From NCBI GenBank assembly GCA_000092065.1, contig CP000582.1: DNA of 64,000 bases; one strand, 5' to 3'. Made by a program: the position numbers and the translations under genes. A model generated the notes under the pieces. The model worked only from the letters and a program-made list of their open reading frames with translations, had not been told where the DNA came from and ran no database searches. Shown one piece after another: positions 48,333 to 58,742 of the stretch; within the stretch, counting starts at the first letter, position 1; the number at the start of each line of letters is the position of its first letter. The DNA comes from Ostreococcus lucimarinus (taxonomy: Eukaryota).

Positions 48333-50804
48333 ATGTCCCGTCGAACGCCCGCACACTATTACGAGAGCATAGACTACGAACTCCCCGCGAACGCGGTCGA
48401 AACGCGGAGGATTCGGAATCAGAATGCGCGCGACAATCCAACCACCGGGACACAAAATCAGCCACCGTCGCGCCGCGCGCGCGATAATCCCTACGCGCAC
48501 GTGGTGTTCTCGAAGTACGCGTTGACGCTCGTCATCGGCGCCGCGGTCGGGGTGACGGCGTGGGCGATCGAGGGAACGACGGGGGAAATCATCTCGATGC
48601 AGGCGGCGCTCGTGAGTCGATACTACGGCGACGCGCCGCGGACGACGATGTCGCTGTTTATGATCACGGCGGCGGTGTTGGGGACGCTCGGGGGATGGGT
48701 CGCGACGTATTACGCGCCGTTAGCGAGCGGAGGGGGCGTGACGCAGGTGATGGCGAGTTTAAACGGCGCAAACGTGCCGGGATTATTGAGCGGGCGGACG
48801 CTCGCGGCGAAAATCGTGGGCACGTGCGGCGGCGTGGGGAGCGCGTTGGCGGTCGGACCCGAAGGGCCGATGGTGCACATCGGCGCTGGGATCGCCAGTG
48901 TGTGCGCGTTGTATTGGCCCAGGAAGTTCTTGTGTGGAGATGGATTCTTGGGGGCGAGAGAGGGCGAGGCGGACGCGTCGGCGGCGAGCGAGGACGAGGA
49001 TTCCGAAGACGAGGATTCCGAGCGATATTCTACGGATGGCGAAGATTCAGACGGTAGTGAATTGCAGTCGACGTTACGGCGGCGAAGGCGGCAACGTCGT
49101 CGTGCGTTCGTGCGGTTCGGCGAGTCGGCGAAATTAGACGCCGTGCTGCTCGAGTTGGCGTCGCCGTCGACGCATAGAGAATTCGTCTCCGCTGGCGCCG
49201 CCGCCGGATTAGCCGCGGCTTTCGGTGCACCCATCGGAGGAGTTTTGTTTTCTTTTGAAGAAGCGAGCACGTTTTGGAGTCAACGCACGATGTGGCGGTG
49301 CTTGATGTGCGCTGCCATCGCGTCCTTCGTGCTCGCGTTGCTCGATTTGCGAGGCAACCCAGGCATGGTGTTCATCACCGGTGACTCGCTTCGACCGACT
49401 ACGCCGAGGGACTACTTCCACCAACTACCATTCTTTGTTTTAGTAGCTGCCATAGCGGGACTCATGGGGGTGTTGTTCAACCAAATTCAGGCGTGGACGT
49501 CGAGGTTTCGTCCGTCTGCGAAGAATAAAGTCGCACGAATGTTTGAGTGCGCCGTCGTCGTTCTCGCCACGGTGGCGCTTCGGTTCGCGGCGGCGGAGTT
49601 CGCGGGACACTGCATGGTGCCTCCCGATACCTGGGTGAAAGACGATTTCGGTGTACGATTCAACTGCGCCGAGGGAGAAATTAACGACATCGCTACTGTA
49701 TTTTTCATTTATCCAGGCCGTTCAATCGGCTGGATGTTCGGCATGGCTGAGCACGTGTGGGGCGAGGCGTACGGGTTCACGGCGCAAGGTTTAGCCATAT
49801 CCGCGGTGTGTTATCTCGTTATGATGGCGCTAGCGTTCGGCATCGCCGTTCCTGGTGGCTTATTTATGCCGTCGTTGTTCATGGGCGCGTGCACGGGAGG
49901 ATGCGCGGGGTTAATGCTCAAGGCGTCGTTGCCCGAAGCGTGGGACATCCAACCAGGGCTCTACGCGCTCATCGGTGCCACCTCCGCGCTCGGTGGCGTT
50001 TTCCGTTCCTCCGTGTCTCTGGTCGTTATCATGGTCGAGAGCACCAACGGACAGGCTTTCGTGTTCGCCATCATCGTCGCCGTCATCGTGAGTAACGTGG
50101 TAGGAAATTACTTCGCGCACGGCATTTACCACGCCGAGTTGTCGCGAAGTAAAACTGTGGCCTACCTACCTCGAGATCCTTCGAGAACGCTCGAGGGGAA
50201 GACTGCGCGCGATATCATGGCGGTTCCACCCGCGTTTTTACCCGAAGTTGCTTTTAGAGACGACGTCAAGTCGTTGCTCGAGCACACGACTCACAACGGA
50301 TTCCCAGTCGTCGACGACCGCGGGAAACTCGCCGGTCTCATCTTGCGTTCGCAGCTCGACGTTCTTCTCGCGGCGCCGCCCGAGGAAGCCGCGCCCGGTG
50401 CTGACGCTACCAAGCAGGCAAAATTGGACCTTAAAATGCGCACTGCGCATATTCAGCGCGTCACCAAGGGCGCGACGCCCGGCGTCGCCGCTGGACTTCT
50501 CGACGAAACCGTCGACGCCATCGAAGTCGAGCGCTTAATGCGCACCAACGCCACGCCGCGCCGCGGCGCGCTGACAGACCCCGAAAACGATTCCAACGAC
50601 ATCGCGAGCGCATTCGCATCGCCGCAGATCGACATCAAGACGTACATGAACCCGTCGCCGCTCGCCGTGCCTTTGGATTTCCCCGCCGCGCGCGCGCACG
50701 GCGTCTTTCTCTCACTCGCGTTGCGCCACCTCATCGTCGTCGACGACGACTACGCCGTGCGCGGCGTCATCACTCGCAAAGATCTAATCGGTTTAAACGC
50801 TTGA
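48333..50804 (+). CDS. CLC-type chloride channel / H+-Cl- exchanger with C-terminal CBS domains
   Basis: GPEGPMVHIGAGIA (G.EGP), GAPIGGVLFSFEE, GLFMPSLFMGA, and two CBS-like modules at the C-terminus. The ORF-track start at 48189 is a GTG; the first ATG is 48333. Confidence 0.8.
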   Translation: MSRRTPAHYYESIDYELPANAVETRRIRNQNARDNPTTGTQNQPPSRRARDNPYAHVVFSKYALTLVIGAAVGVTAWAIEGTTGEIISMQAALVSRYYGDAPRTTMSLFMITAAVLGTLGGWVATYYAPLASGGGVTQVMASLNGANVPGLLSGRTLAAKIVGTCGGVGSALAVGPEGPMVHIGAGIASVCALYWPRKFLCGDGFLGAREGEADASAASEDEDSEDEDSERYSTDGEDSDGSELQSTLRRRRRQRRRAFVRFGESAKLDAVLLELASPSTHREFVSAGAAAGLAAAFGAPIGGVLFSFEEASTFWSQRTMWRCLMCAAIASFVLALLDLRGNPGMVFITGDSLRPTTPRDYFHQLPFFVLVAAIAGLMGVLFNQIQAWTSRFRPSAKNKVARMFECAVVVLATVALRFAAAEFAGHCMVPPDTWVKDDFGVRFNCAEGEINDIATVFFIYPGRSIGWMFGMAEHVWGEAYGFTAQGLAISAVCYLVMMALAFGIAVPGGLFMPSLFMGACTGGCAGLMLKASLPEAWDIQPGLYALIGATSALGGVFRSSVSLVVIMVESTNGQAFVFAIIVAVIVSNVVGNYFAHGIYHAELSRSKTVAYLPRDPSRTLEGKTARDIMAVPPAFLPEVAFRDDVKSLLEHTTHNGFPVVDDRGKLAGLILRSQLDVLLAAPPEEAAPGADATKQAKLDLKMRTAHIQRVTKGATPGVAAGLLDETVDAIEVERLMRTNATPRRGALTDPENDSNDIASAFASPQIDIKTYMNPSPLAVPLDFPAARAHGVFLSLALRHLIVVDDDYAVRGVITRKDLIGLNA

Positions 50805-50883
50805 TGGACTAAATTTGTAATTTTAACGCGTTGCCGCGACGTCGCCGCCGCAGTCGCCGCCTCGCGCTCAACCGCCGTTCGGC

Positions 50884-51867
50884 ATGCCGCCGCGACCGGC
50901 GTGGACCGACCCCGACGAACGCCCCCAGGACGACGTCTCCGACTCGGACAAACCATCGACGTCGATACACGACGCGCCGAGCGCTCCGGAACCGATCGCG
51001 CGCGACGTAAACGACGCGTTTACCACGACAAAAAGTGCAAAGCAAAAGCGTCCCAATTCGGAAGAGAAACCGACGCCGCACGCGCGCCGTAAGCGCCGCA
51101 AGGGCCGGCGAGCGACGGATGGGCGAGAAAAGTCGTATAGGTACGGCAACTACGATCGATACTACGGCTACCGCGTCGGGGAGACGATGGAGGATCACAG
51201 GCTGGAGGCGCTCCGGGACGAGTGGTTTCGAGGGAAGCGCGCGTGCGACGTCGGATGCAACGATGGATTGTTCTCCCTGTCCCTCGTCGGCGCGTTCGCC
51301 CCGGCGTCGTGCGTGTGCTTAGACATAGATAGTGATCTCGTGCGAGCGGCGCAGCGAAAACTGGAGGCGTTGCGGAGACACAGCGCGGCGCAGGCGGGCG
51401 CGGCGGAGCGCGGCGAAGGCGAAGGCGCGTTGGCGGACGCGGGTCAAGCGTTCGGTGGGGTCGAATTCCGACGAGCGAACGCCGTGGAGTTTGATTTCGG
51501 AAACGAAAAGTTCGACGTCATTCTCTTGCTCAGCGTCACGAAGTGGATTCACTTGAATTTCGGCGACGACGGCGTGAAAACCGTCCTTCGCAAGTGTCGC
51601 GACGCCCTCGTCCCCGGCGGTTCCCTCATCATCGAACCGCAACCGTGGAAATCGTACAAATCCACGCTGCGCAAAAAGATCAACGGCGTTCCGGTGCTTC
51701 CGGACGAGTGCAAGGCGAACTTAGCCGCGATCGAGTTCCGCCCCGACGCGTTCGAGGCGCACCTCCTCGGCCGCGACGGCGGTTTCGCCTCCGCCGAGCG
51801 CCTTCGCCCCGCGGGCACCGCCGCGTTCGACCGCGAGATCTTCCGATTCATCAAGCACCACCATTAA
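50884..51867 (+). CDS. Bin3/MePCE-type RNA methylphosphate-capping methyltransferase
   Basis: YRYGNYDRYYGYR, DVGCNDG, VILLLSVTKWIHLNFGDDG. Confidence 0.75.
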   Translation: MPPRPAWTDPDERPQDDVSDSDKPSTSIHDAPSAPEPIARDVNDAFTTTKSAKQKRPNSEEKPTPHARRKRRKGRRATDGREKSYRYGNYDRYYGYRVGETMEDHRLEALRDEWFRGKRACDVGCNDGLFSLSLVGAFAPASCVCLDIDSDLVRAAQRKLEALRRHSAAQAGAAERGEGEGALADAGQAFGGVEFRRANAVEFDFGNEKFDVILLLSVTKWIHLNFGDDGVKTVLRKCRDALVPGGSLIIEPQPWKSYKSTLRKKINGVPVLPDECKANLAAIEFRPDAFEAHLLGRDGGFASAERLRPAGTAAFDREIFRFIKHHH

Positions 51868-51890
51868 TCGCGCGCAATTGTCGATCGCAT

Positions 51891-51930
51891 CGCTCCTTCG
51901 CTCCTTCGCTCCTTCGCTCCTTCGCTTCTC
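51891..51930. repeat. Microsatellite (CGCTCCTT)4-5
   Basis: cgctccttcgctccttcgctccttcgctccttcgcttctc read directly from the sequence. Sits downstream of the methyltransferase stop and upstream of PEX12. Confidence 0.8.
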
Positions 51931-52683
51931 GAGCGCATCCCTCCGCGTCCCTCGCGCGCCCCGTCCCCGTCCCGCCTCGCGTCCGCACTCCGCGCCTCGG
52001 TCTCGTCCGAGTCGCCATGTCCGCCATGTCCGCCGCCGAGTACGACGCGCTCATCTATCCCGGCTTCCTCCGTCGCAACGTCGCGCGCTGGAACGACGAC
52101 GGCAGCGCCGCGCCGCTCAGCCGCAGCAAGGGCCCGCGCAACGAAACCTTCGTCCTGCAGCTGCGCAGCGGCGAGATCGATCAGGACGTCAGCGCGATCG
52201 AGGGCGAGGTGCGTCGACGCGATCGTCCGCGACCGCGCGCGACGACGACGACGCGACGCGACGCGACGCGAAAGGTTCTCGGCGCGCGCTCGACGAAGAC
52301 ACTGACCGGGACGCGCGTCCCTCGCGAGCGTCGACGCGCAGCTCGGATTAGCGCTCAAAGGGTTGAAGGGCGCGCGCAAGGGACGCGCGAGCGTGAACGC
52401 GGAGTGATGGCGCGCGCGACGTCGGCTTCGGCGCGCGAACGGACGACGCGCGAAGCCAGCCGCGAAGCCGCGAGACGCGCGAAGACGTTTGAGTTTGAGA
52501 TCGCGCGCCGACGCCGGAGATTCGAGGACGCGCGCGACGATCGACGCGACGAAATCGCGCGTTCCGTGGATTTTGTAAATTATTTTAGAGGTTTTGAGAC
52601 GTGCGGCGCGCGCGCGCGGCGCGCGGCGTCGAGCGGGCCGCGGCGGCGCGGGTCCGCGCGGCGTCAGAGCGCGCCTCGGCGGC

Positions 52684-53985
52684 ATGCTCCCGCTCGTCGC
52701 GCGTCACGCGCGCGTCGCGCGTTCGCTCGAGTCCGACGCGGCCTCGGCGTCGTCGGTCGACGACGACGGCGCGCTCGAGCGCTCGATCGCGCGGAATCGT
52801 CGCGAGAGACGCTCGAGGCGGTTGGATGCGGCGATTCGACCGACGTTTTTTGAGCTCATCGCCGCCGAACGGCTCGCTCCGAGCCTCAAGGGCGCGCTGG
52901 CGTACGCGTTGGGCACGCTGGCGAACGCCGGCGCGCCCGGGTTCGCGCACTACGCGCTCGACCGCGGCGATGAGGTGTTCGCGGCGTTGACGTTTTTGGC
53001 CGAGCTCAAGTCGTTCGCGAGCGGCGACGGGTCGCTCGCGGAGAGCGTGTACGGACTGCAGCGCGTGCCGAGAACGCTGACGGATGCGAGGGTGAGACGC
53101 GATGGAAGGTATAGGATCGATGCGTGGCAGCGAATCATGAGCGCGGCGTTGCTGGCGCTCGGGCCGTACGCGCGGAGCAAGGCGGCGGCGCTGCACGAAA
53201 CGCTCGCGCCCGAGTGTTACTTGGACGCGCGACGACGCGCGCCGCGAGTGTTTGACTCGAATGCGGACGATATGGGGGTGCGTGAGGGCGCGGAGGCGAA
53301 CGCGGCCGCGGTGGTGGCGGCGAGAAACGCGGAGGGAGGCGCGCGGGGCGTCGCGAAGCGGGCGTTCGTCGCGGCGTATCCGGTGGCGAACGCGTTGGTG
53401 GAGGCGGCGACGTTCGTGACTTGGACGGGGTACTTACTCGGACGATGGAACATAAACGATCCAACGTTGATGCTCGTCGATTGTTACGTCGTACGGGCGT
53501 TGCCCTCGGAGCTGGAGGCCAACGCGCGAGAACTCGAGGGGAGTCGACAGCGACAACTCGCCGGCGCGCACGCGTCGAAGAACGCCGCGACGCGCGCGTT
53601 GAGCGTCGGCGCGCTCAAGACGAAGAACTTCGTCATGGACTACGCACAATCAGCGCTCATCGCAGCCGTGATCGGGTTTAAACTCACCGAATGGTGGTAC
53701 GGCGCGGCGGAGGAGCGCGTAGTCAACGCGACAACGCTTCCGGTGCCGCCGCCGCCGCCGCGACCGCCACCGCACCCGAACGGCATTGCACTGCCCGAAA
53801 ACACCGATTTGTGTCCGCTGTGTCGGAAAGTCATTCGTAATCCGGCGGTATTGACGTCTTCTGGATACGTGTTCTGCTACGCCTGTCTCTACGCGCACGT
53901 CGATAGATACGGCGACTGCCCTGTGTCGTGTCATCGCGCCTTCAACGGCGTCGACGACATTCGCCGCATTTACGTGGGCAATTAA
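52684..53985 (+). CDS. PEX12: Peroxin PEX12 (RING peroxin)
   Basis: N-terminus RPTFFELIAAERLAPSLKGALAYALG parallels the plant PEX12 RPTFFEMAAAQQLPASLRAALTYSLG. C-terminal degenerate RING CPLCRKVIRNPAVLTSSGYVFCYACLYAHVDRYGDCPVS. 5' end uncertain: the ORF-track start is TTG, the first ATG is 52684, and an upstream exon is possible. Confidence 0.75.
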   Translation: MLPLVARHARVARSLESDAASASSVDDDGALERSIARNRRERRSRRLDAAIRPTFFELIAAERLAPSLKGALAYALGTLANAGAPGFAHYALDRGDEVFAALTFLAELKSFASGDGSLAESVYGLQRVPRTLTDARVRRDGRYRIDAWQRIMSAALLALGPYARSKAAALHETLAPECYLDARRRAPRVFDSNADDMGVREGAEANAAAVVAARNAEGGARGVAKRAFVAAYPVANALVEAATFVTWTGYLLGRWNINDPTLMLVDCYVVRALPSELEANARELEGSRQRQLAGAHASKNAATRALSVGALKTKNFVMDYAQSALIAAVIGFKLTEWWYGAAEERVVNATTLPVPPPPPRPPPHPNGIALPENTDLCPLCRKVIRNPAVLTSSGYVFCYACLYAHVDRYGDCPVSCHRAFNGVDDIRRIYVGN

Positions 53986-54237
53986 TATCGCACGCACGTC
54001 GTCGCGCCTTAGCACTAGATGTAAAAACGAAACCGAGCGACGTCGAAGACGAAAACGACTCAACCGCGCGCGCGGATAAACGTGAAATCCAACCGCAAAC
54101 CACACGCTCACATTGAAACCAAAGTTCTTCTCGCCATTAAAACACGCTATTCATCGTTCCTCTCTTCTGCGTCGCTTCGCTACGCGAGAGGATCGACTCT
54201 ACTATACACATCGTCGTCGCGACTGCCCGACGCCCCC

Positions 54238-54345
54238 TTACTTCTTGTTCTTCTTCGCCAGCGCGGCGTAGTACTCCTGCTGCGCGCTTCGATGCTGCCA
54301 GTGATTCCACTTCCAGCCCGCCCCCGCGATTAATCCGAGCGTCAT
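54238..54345 (-). CDS. Tiny ORF (35 aa), possible small membrane subunit or terminal exon
   Basis: MTLGLIAGAGWKWNHWQHRSAQQEYYAALAKKNKK. The open frame continues upstream (…RPFLIPAQRIYFNKEVAIG-M…). Resembles small mitochondrial respiratory-complex accessory subunits, but this is unproven. Confidence 0.25.
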   Translation of the reverse strand: MTLGLIAGAGWKWNHWQHRSAQQEYYAALAKKNKK

Positions 54346-54701
54346 CCCGATCGCGACTTCCTTGTTGAAGTAAATGCGTTGCGCTGGGATGAGGAAAGGT
54401 CGATCGCGTTCGTCAGTCTCTGTGTTTGGATCGTTTAGGTTTGATCGACGGTCGCGCGAGGTTCACGACGCGCGTACGCCGCCGCGACGCGTCTCGCGGG
54501 CGTCAGACGACGATGCGATGTCGCGGTGATCGTTTCGAGACGTACCGATGCCGTGATAGACCGTGTGTGCCATCGTGTGCGCGTCGAGATGTGAGGCTGG
54601 CTCGGCGGGTGGTCGGCGGACGCGGCGCTCGCGACAAAGTCGAAGTCAATTTTGTACAACTAAATCATCTCTACACGCGCCAGACGCTCGAAGCGCGTGA
54701 T

Positions 54702-55310
54702 TTATAGCATGCGCAACTTCTTCAGCTTCGCTCGCTCCTTGGCTGACTTCTTGGCGATCGTCTTCGGGTTGGTTATCTCGCTCACGATGCCGACGCCCGT
54801 GCGTCGCGTATTCTCCTCCTTTAATAATTTCTTCGCCTCCCGTCGCTCGCGTTCGGCGCGAATCTTCGCCCCTCGCGCCGCCTTCGCGTTCGATTTCGCC
54901 TCCTGGAACCGCTTTTTCTCCTCCTTCTCTCGCATGCGGTCGTCCCAGGTTTTCGTCGACGGCGCCGCGCCAAGCGCCGACGCTCGCTTCGCCGGTTGTT
55001 TCCACATTCGTCCCGATTTCCGTCCAGCGATCGAGTCGTACGTCGCTTTCGGCGCCTTGTAGTTTCGATACAGTTCTCCGTCGACCATCTCTTCGTCCTC
55101 GCCGCCCTCGTTCGTCGCGGCGTCGTCGCTTTCGCGTTTTCTTTTCCCGTGTTTGACCGTCTTCGTGATGCCGCGATGGTCGACGCCGCTGCGGAAGACT
55201 TCCTGCGCGGGGACGTTCGCGCTCGCGTCCGCGTCGCCATCGGCGCGTTTTCTCGCGTCCGCGAGCTCGACGTCGACGACGACGCGACGCGCGCGTCGGG
55301 CGCCGGCCAT
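54702..55310 (-). CDS. Cgr1 / CCDC86-like nucleolar rRNA-processing protein
   Basis: GRKSGRMWKQPAKRAS...WDDRMREKEEKKRFQEAK...EENTRRTGVGIVSEITNPKTIAKKSAKERAKLKKL. Confidence 0.6.
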   Translation of the reverse strand: MAGARRARRVVVDVELADARKRADGDADASANVPAQEVFRSGVDHRGITKTVKHGKRKRESDDAATNEGGEDEEMVDGELYRNYKAPKATYDSIAGRKSGRMWKQPAKRASALGAAPSTKTWDDRMREKEEKKRFQEAKSNAKAARGAKIRAERERREAKKLLKEENTRRTGVGIVSEITNPKTIAKKSAKERAKLKKLRML

Positions 55311-55385
55311 CGCGTCTGGATGTGCGGCGGCGGCTGCGAGTGTTTCACACTTTCACACTGTTTACACATGTGGATCCATTCGACG

Positions 55386-56378
55386 CTAGCAATCGACGTT
55401 AAACGCGACGGAGACGCGCAGGACGGCGTCCGACGGGTGCTCGTCCGCGTCGTTCGACGGTTTTATCGCGCCGTCGGGGCGAGGAAACGCGCTCACGGCG
55501 TGAAGCGCGGCGCCGGAAAATAGAACGAGGTCGCCGACGCGCGGCGAGTGCGCAAAGTATCGCGACGGAGACGGCGACGAAGACGACGCCGACGCGCGGA
55601 CGCCGAGACATCCCGCGTCGATGGGGACATCGGTGGTGTTGGATAGATCGGGCACGGCGAGGTAAAGCACGCCGCTCCAACGATCGGCGCTGTCGTGCGC
55701 GTGGAGTTTGTTGAAGTCGCCCGGCGCGTTGACGTTGAGCCAACCGTACACGTCTCGCGAACACACGTCCTCGCGTTGCGCGCTCGTGCGCACGCGTGCG
55801 TACGCTTCGAGCGCGATGGCAGTAACGCTCGTCCACGTGGTGGGTCGCAGACGCGCGCGCGTCGGCGCGCCGGCGGCGGTATCGCTCGCGCCGGCGGCGG
55901 AACGGGAAGCGCCGGCGTCGTCGCCGCCACCGCCGCCAGCCGCGTCGTCGTTCTCTGAATCTGAATCTGATGAATCTAATAAATCCGCGTAGCTCTGATA
56001 GCCCCCACGGTTCGAGCGCACGACGGACACGTCGCTCCCCGGGCCCGGCACCGGGTCGCCGAGCGACCGCGCGGCGTCCTCGCGTCCGCGACGAAACTTG
56101 CGCAGCCCGAGCGGCACCAGATCACGCACCAACGCCTCGCGCGCGTCGTTCGTCAGCGTGAATACGTGCACGACGTCTGCGTCGGCCGCCGGGCTCGACG
56201 TCGACGCCTCGGCGATGTCGTAGGCGTCGTGCGTTTGGAAAAAGCTGTCCCGGTCGAACACTTTTTGGCCGTCGTTGAGCGGCCGTGGACGCGCCGTGGA
56301 TGCGTCGATGCGCGCGAGGGTGGCGATGTCGACCGCGTGTACGCCGTCGGCGGCCGCTATCAGCGTCGGGAGGTTCAT
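55386..56378 (-). CDS. Hypothetical protein, possibly 2OG/Fe(II) oxygenase fold
   Basis: LHAHDSADRWSGVLYL ... LVLFSGAALHAV suggests an HxD...H facial triad. Otherwise low complexity (Asp/Ser-rich). Confidence 0.3.
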   Translation of the reverse strand: MNLPTLIAAADGVHAVDIATLARIDASTARPRPLNDGQKVFDRDSFFQTHDAYDIAEASTSSPAADADVVHVFTLTNDAREALVRDLVPLGLRKFRRGREDAARSLGDPVPGPGSDVSVVRSNRGGYQSYADLLDSSDSDSENDDAAGGGGGDDAGASRSAAGASDTAAGAPTRARLRPTTWTSVTAIALEAYARVRTSAQREDVCSRDVYGWLNVNAPGDFNKLHAHDSADRWSGVLYLAVPDLSNTTDVPIDAGCLGVRASASSSSPSPSRYFAHSPRVGDLVLFSGAALHAVSAFPRPDGAIKPSNDADEHPSDAVLRVSVAFNVDC

Positions 56379-56468
56379 GACGCGCGCGCGAGACGACGAC
56401 GACGACGACTGCAGCGCTCGAGCTTTCGTTGTTGGTTATTAAAGTCGCGACTTACGACGACGGTAATT

Positions 56469-57821
56469 TTAGCCTTGGAACCCGACCAAACCTCGACCCT
56501 CGACCGAGGGCGTGTACGCTTGACCACCCTTACTTTTGTTTTTGGCGACTTTGCCCACGAGCTGACGAACGCGACGCTGGTCGGCGGTTTGCGTGCGAGC
56601 TTTGATTTCGCTCGGGTCGATTTCGAGACGCGGCTGCTTGACGTACTGCGTCGACGAACGCTCGGGAACCATGGCGTGGTGGCGGTAACCGCGCTCACCA
56701 TACTTTGGTTCGTCGCTCGCCGCGTCCGCGTTCGTACCGACGTCGGCGGAATGGTCGACAGCGCTCGTCTTGCTCTTTTTCGGGCGACGTTCGTCCGTAT
56801 CGACGGTTTCCCGGCCGACGTGAATATCGCCGTAGTGCGACGAAAGTTCGTACACCGGACGCGACCACTTCTCCACGAGCTTCTTGCACACAGTTCTGTT
56901 TTTTGGCGTCTCTTCCTCGAGCGTGGACAGGAATAGGATGTTTCTACCCAGTCCCGATCGCTTGAGCTCATCCTTGCGTTCGTGCGAATCCGTCGACACG
57001 GGTAACTGCTCGATGAGCTTGATTAAGCTCGTACGTATGGTCAAGTTGGGCAAGTTTCCATCGGGCAACAAGTCTAACCACGCTCGAAGGACGCTCAAGA
57101 GCCCGTGGCGCAAAAATGCTTCGTGCAATTCCACCATTTTCAACTTGCGTTCCACCTCCGGCAAGAGCTTCAACTTCTTCACCGCCGGCTTCCCCGCGGC
57201 GTACGCCCGCGCGTCTTCCTCCACCGCGATCTCCATCTTGGACAAAAAGTCTAACACCTCCATTCTCGCCGTCTCATCGCTCTTCTTTCTGCGCTTCCCC
57301 TTCCCGCCCGGCGCGAACAACTTTTCCAATTCGTCGTCGCTCTCCTCCGCCTCGCTCGCGTACCCAACCTTCCCATCCTCATCGTCCGACATATTCGCCC
57401 ATTTATCCTTATCCGCCACTCCATCGTCATCGATGAACGCGTCGTCCTCCGCCGTTCGCGGCGCGACGTACTCCTCGTTCTGTATGGCGTCGAAATCGAC
57501 GCCGCCGTCGTCCCGTCCCCGGCTCTTACCCTCGCGTCCCCCCTTTCCTCGTTCCTTCTCTTTCCGCCCTCGCTGTTTCTTCGCCTTCAACCGTCGCAGC
57601 GCCGCGTCGTCCTCGTCGTCGTCGTCCTCGTCGTCCGCGACGCGTCCGCGCGCCTTCCCCGCGTCGTTCGCGTCGTCATCGTCTTCGTCGTCCGATCCAA
57701 ACAGATTCGCCAGCACCTCCTTCTTCGCGTCCTCGCTCGCGCGTTCGCCGTCGCTCGCGCGCGGCGCGTTCGCGTCGTCGCTCGCGCCGTCGCGCGGCGC
57801 GTTCGCGTCGCTCGCCGCCAT
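56469..57821 (-). CDS. IWS1: Transcription elongation factor IWS1/Spn1
   Basis: MEVLDFLSKMEIAVEEDARAYAAGKPAVKKLKLLPEV...FLRHGLLSVLRAWLDLLPDGNLPNLTIRTSLIKLIEQLPV...LKRSGLGRNILFLS...KKLVEKWSRPVY. Start trimmed to the ATG at 57821. Confidence 0.85.
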   Translation of the reverse strand: MAASDANAPRDGASDDANAPRASDGERASEDAKKEVLANLFGSDDEDDDDANDAGKARGRVADDEDDDDEDDAALRRLKAKKQRGRKEKERGKGGREGKSRGRDDGGVDFDAIQNEEYVAPRTAEDDAFIDDDGVADKDKWANMSDDEDGKVGYASEAEESDDELEKLFAPGGKGKRRKKSDETARMEVLDFLSKMEIAVEEDARAYAAGKPAVKKLKLLPEVERKLKMVELHEAFLRHGLLSVLRAWLDLLPDGNLPNLTIRTSLIKLIEQLPVSTDSHERKDELKRSGLGRNILFLSTLEEETPKNRTVCKKLVEKWSRPVYELSSHYGDIHVGRETVDTDERRPKKSKTSAVDHSADVGTNADAASDEPKYGERGYRHHAMVPERSSTQYVKQPRLEIDPSEIKARTQTADQRRVRQLVGKVAKNKSKGGQAYTPSVEGRGLVGFQG

Positions 57822-57860
57822 CGCGCGCGTCGCGCGTCGACGTGTGCCGACGCGCGCCAG

Positions 57861-58694
57861 ATGCCGCCGCGCGTCGTCTCGCTCGCGCGCGCGCGCGGCG
57901 TCGCGCGACGCGCGCGTCGACCGAGCCCGCGAGCGACGACGATCGCGCGGCGCGCGGCGCGCGCGGGAGGCGCGCCGCGCGCGGCGATGAGAGACTCGGC
58001 GACGTCGACGCGCGCGCACTGGGCGAGCCCAGAGATTCGAAGATTTCGACGCCTGGACGCCGAGACGCGCGCGTCGGAGGCGAGCGAACCCGCGGTGGTG
58101 TTCGTCGGATCGAGCATCTTCCGCGAGTGGCGCGAGGTGCGAGATTTCGAGGAGGATTGGCGAGGGCGGATGGGCGACGCGCGGCGCGCGGTCAACAGAG
58201 CCTTCGGCGGCGCGGAGACGACGGATTTGTTGACGTTTTTCGACGACGTCCTGCCGAGGGGGCGCGCGGACGTGAGGGCGATCGTGTATTACTGTGGCTC
58301 GAACGACGTGAGCGTCGGGAGGTCGGCGCGGGAGGTGTTTGAAAATTTTAAGCGATTCGCGGAGTCGGCGAGACGCGAACGATCGGCGAGACTGGGCGTC
58401 GTCTTCGTCGGAATGATCGACTCGCCGCAGAAGAGGGCGTTTGCGTTGAGTCACGTGGTGCGCGAGACGAACGCGTTGTGTGAGGCGTGGTGTGCGAAAA
58501 CGCCGGGGGCGGTGTACGCGGACGTGACGGAAACGTTCGCGGACGCGTCGTCGTTTCGAGAAGACGGCACGCATTTGCGACCCGAGGCGTACGACGGCTT
58601 TCGCGACGCCATCGCGAGGGCGGTCGTCGAAGCCGTGGCGCACGCGTCGCCGCCGCCGGACGACGCGTTTCTCCCACCCGCGATGCGGCGATAG
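57861..58694 (+). CDS. SGNH/GDSL-family hydrolase
   Basis: VVFVGSSIF (GDS-like block I), YYCGSNDV (block III), DGTHL (block V). An alternative ATG at 57987 would remove an Arg/Ala-rich leader. Confidence 0.6.
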   Translation: MPPRVVSLARARGVARRARRPSPRATTIARRAARAGGAPRAAMRDSATSTRAHWASPEIRRFRRLDAETRASEASEPAVVFVGSSIFREWREVRDFEEDWRGRMGDARRAVNRAFGGAETTDLLTFFDDVLPRGRADVRAIVYYCGSNDVSVGRSAREVFENFKRFAESARRERSARLGVVFVGMIDSPQKRAFALSHVVRETNALCEAWCAKTPGAVYADVTETFADASSFREDGTHLRPEAYDGFRDAIARAVVEAVAHASPPPDDAFLPPAMRR

Positions 58695-58742
58695 CGACGG
58701 GCACGCGCAGTCATAAAAGCGTTGTATAACAGTGTAGTTTGT

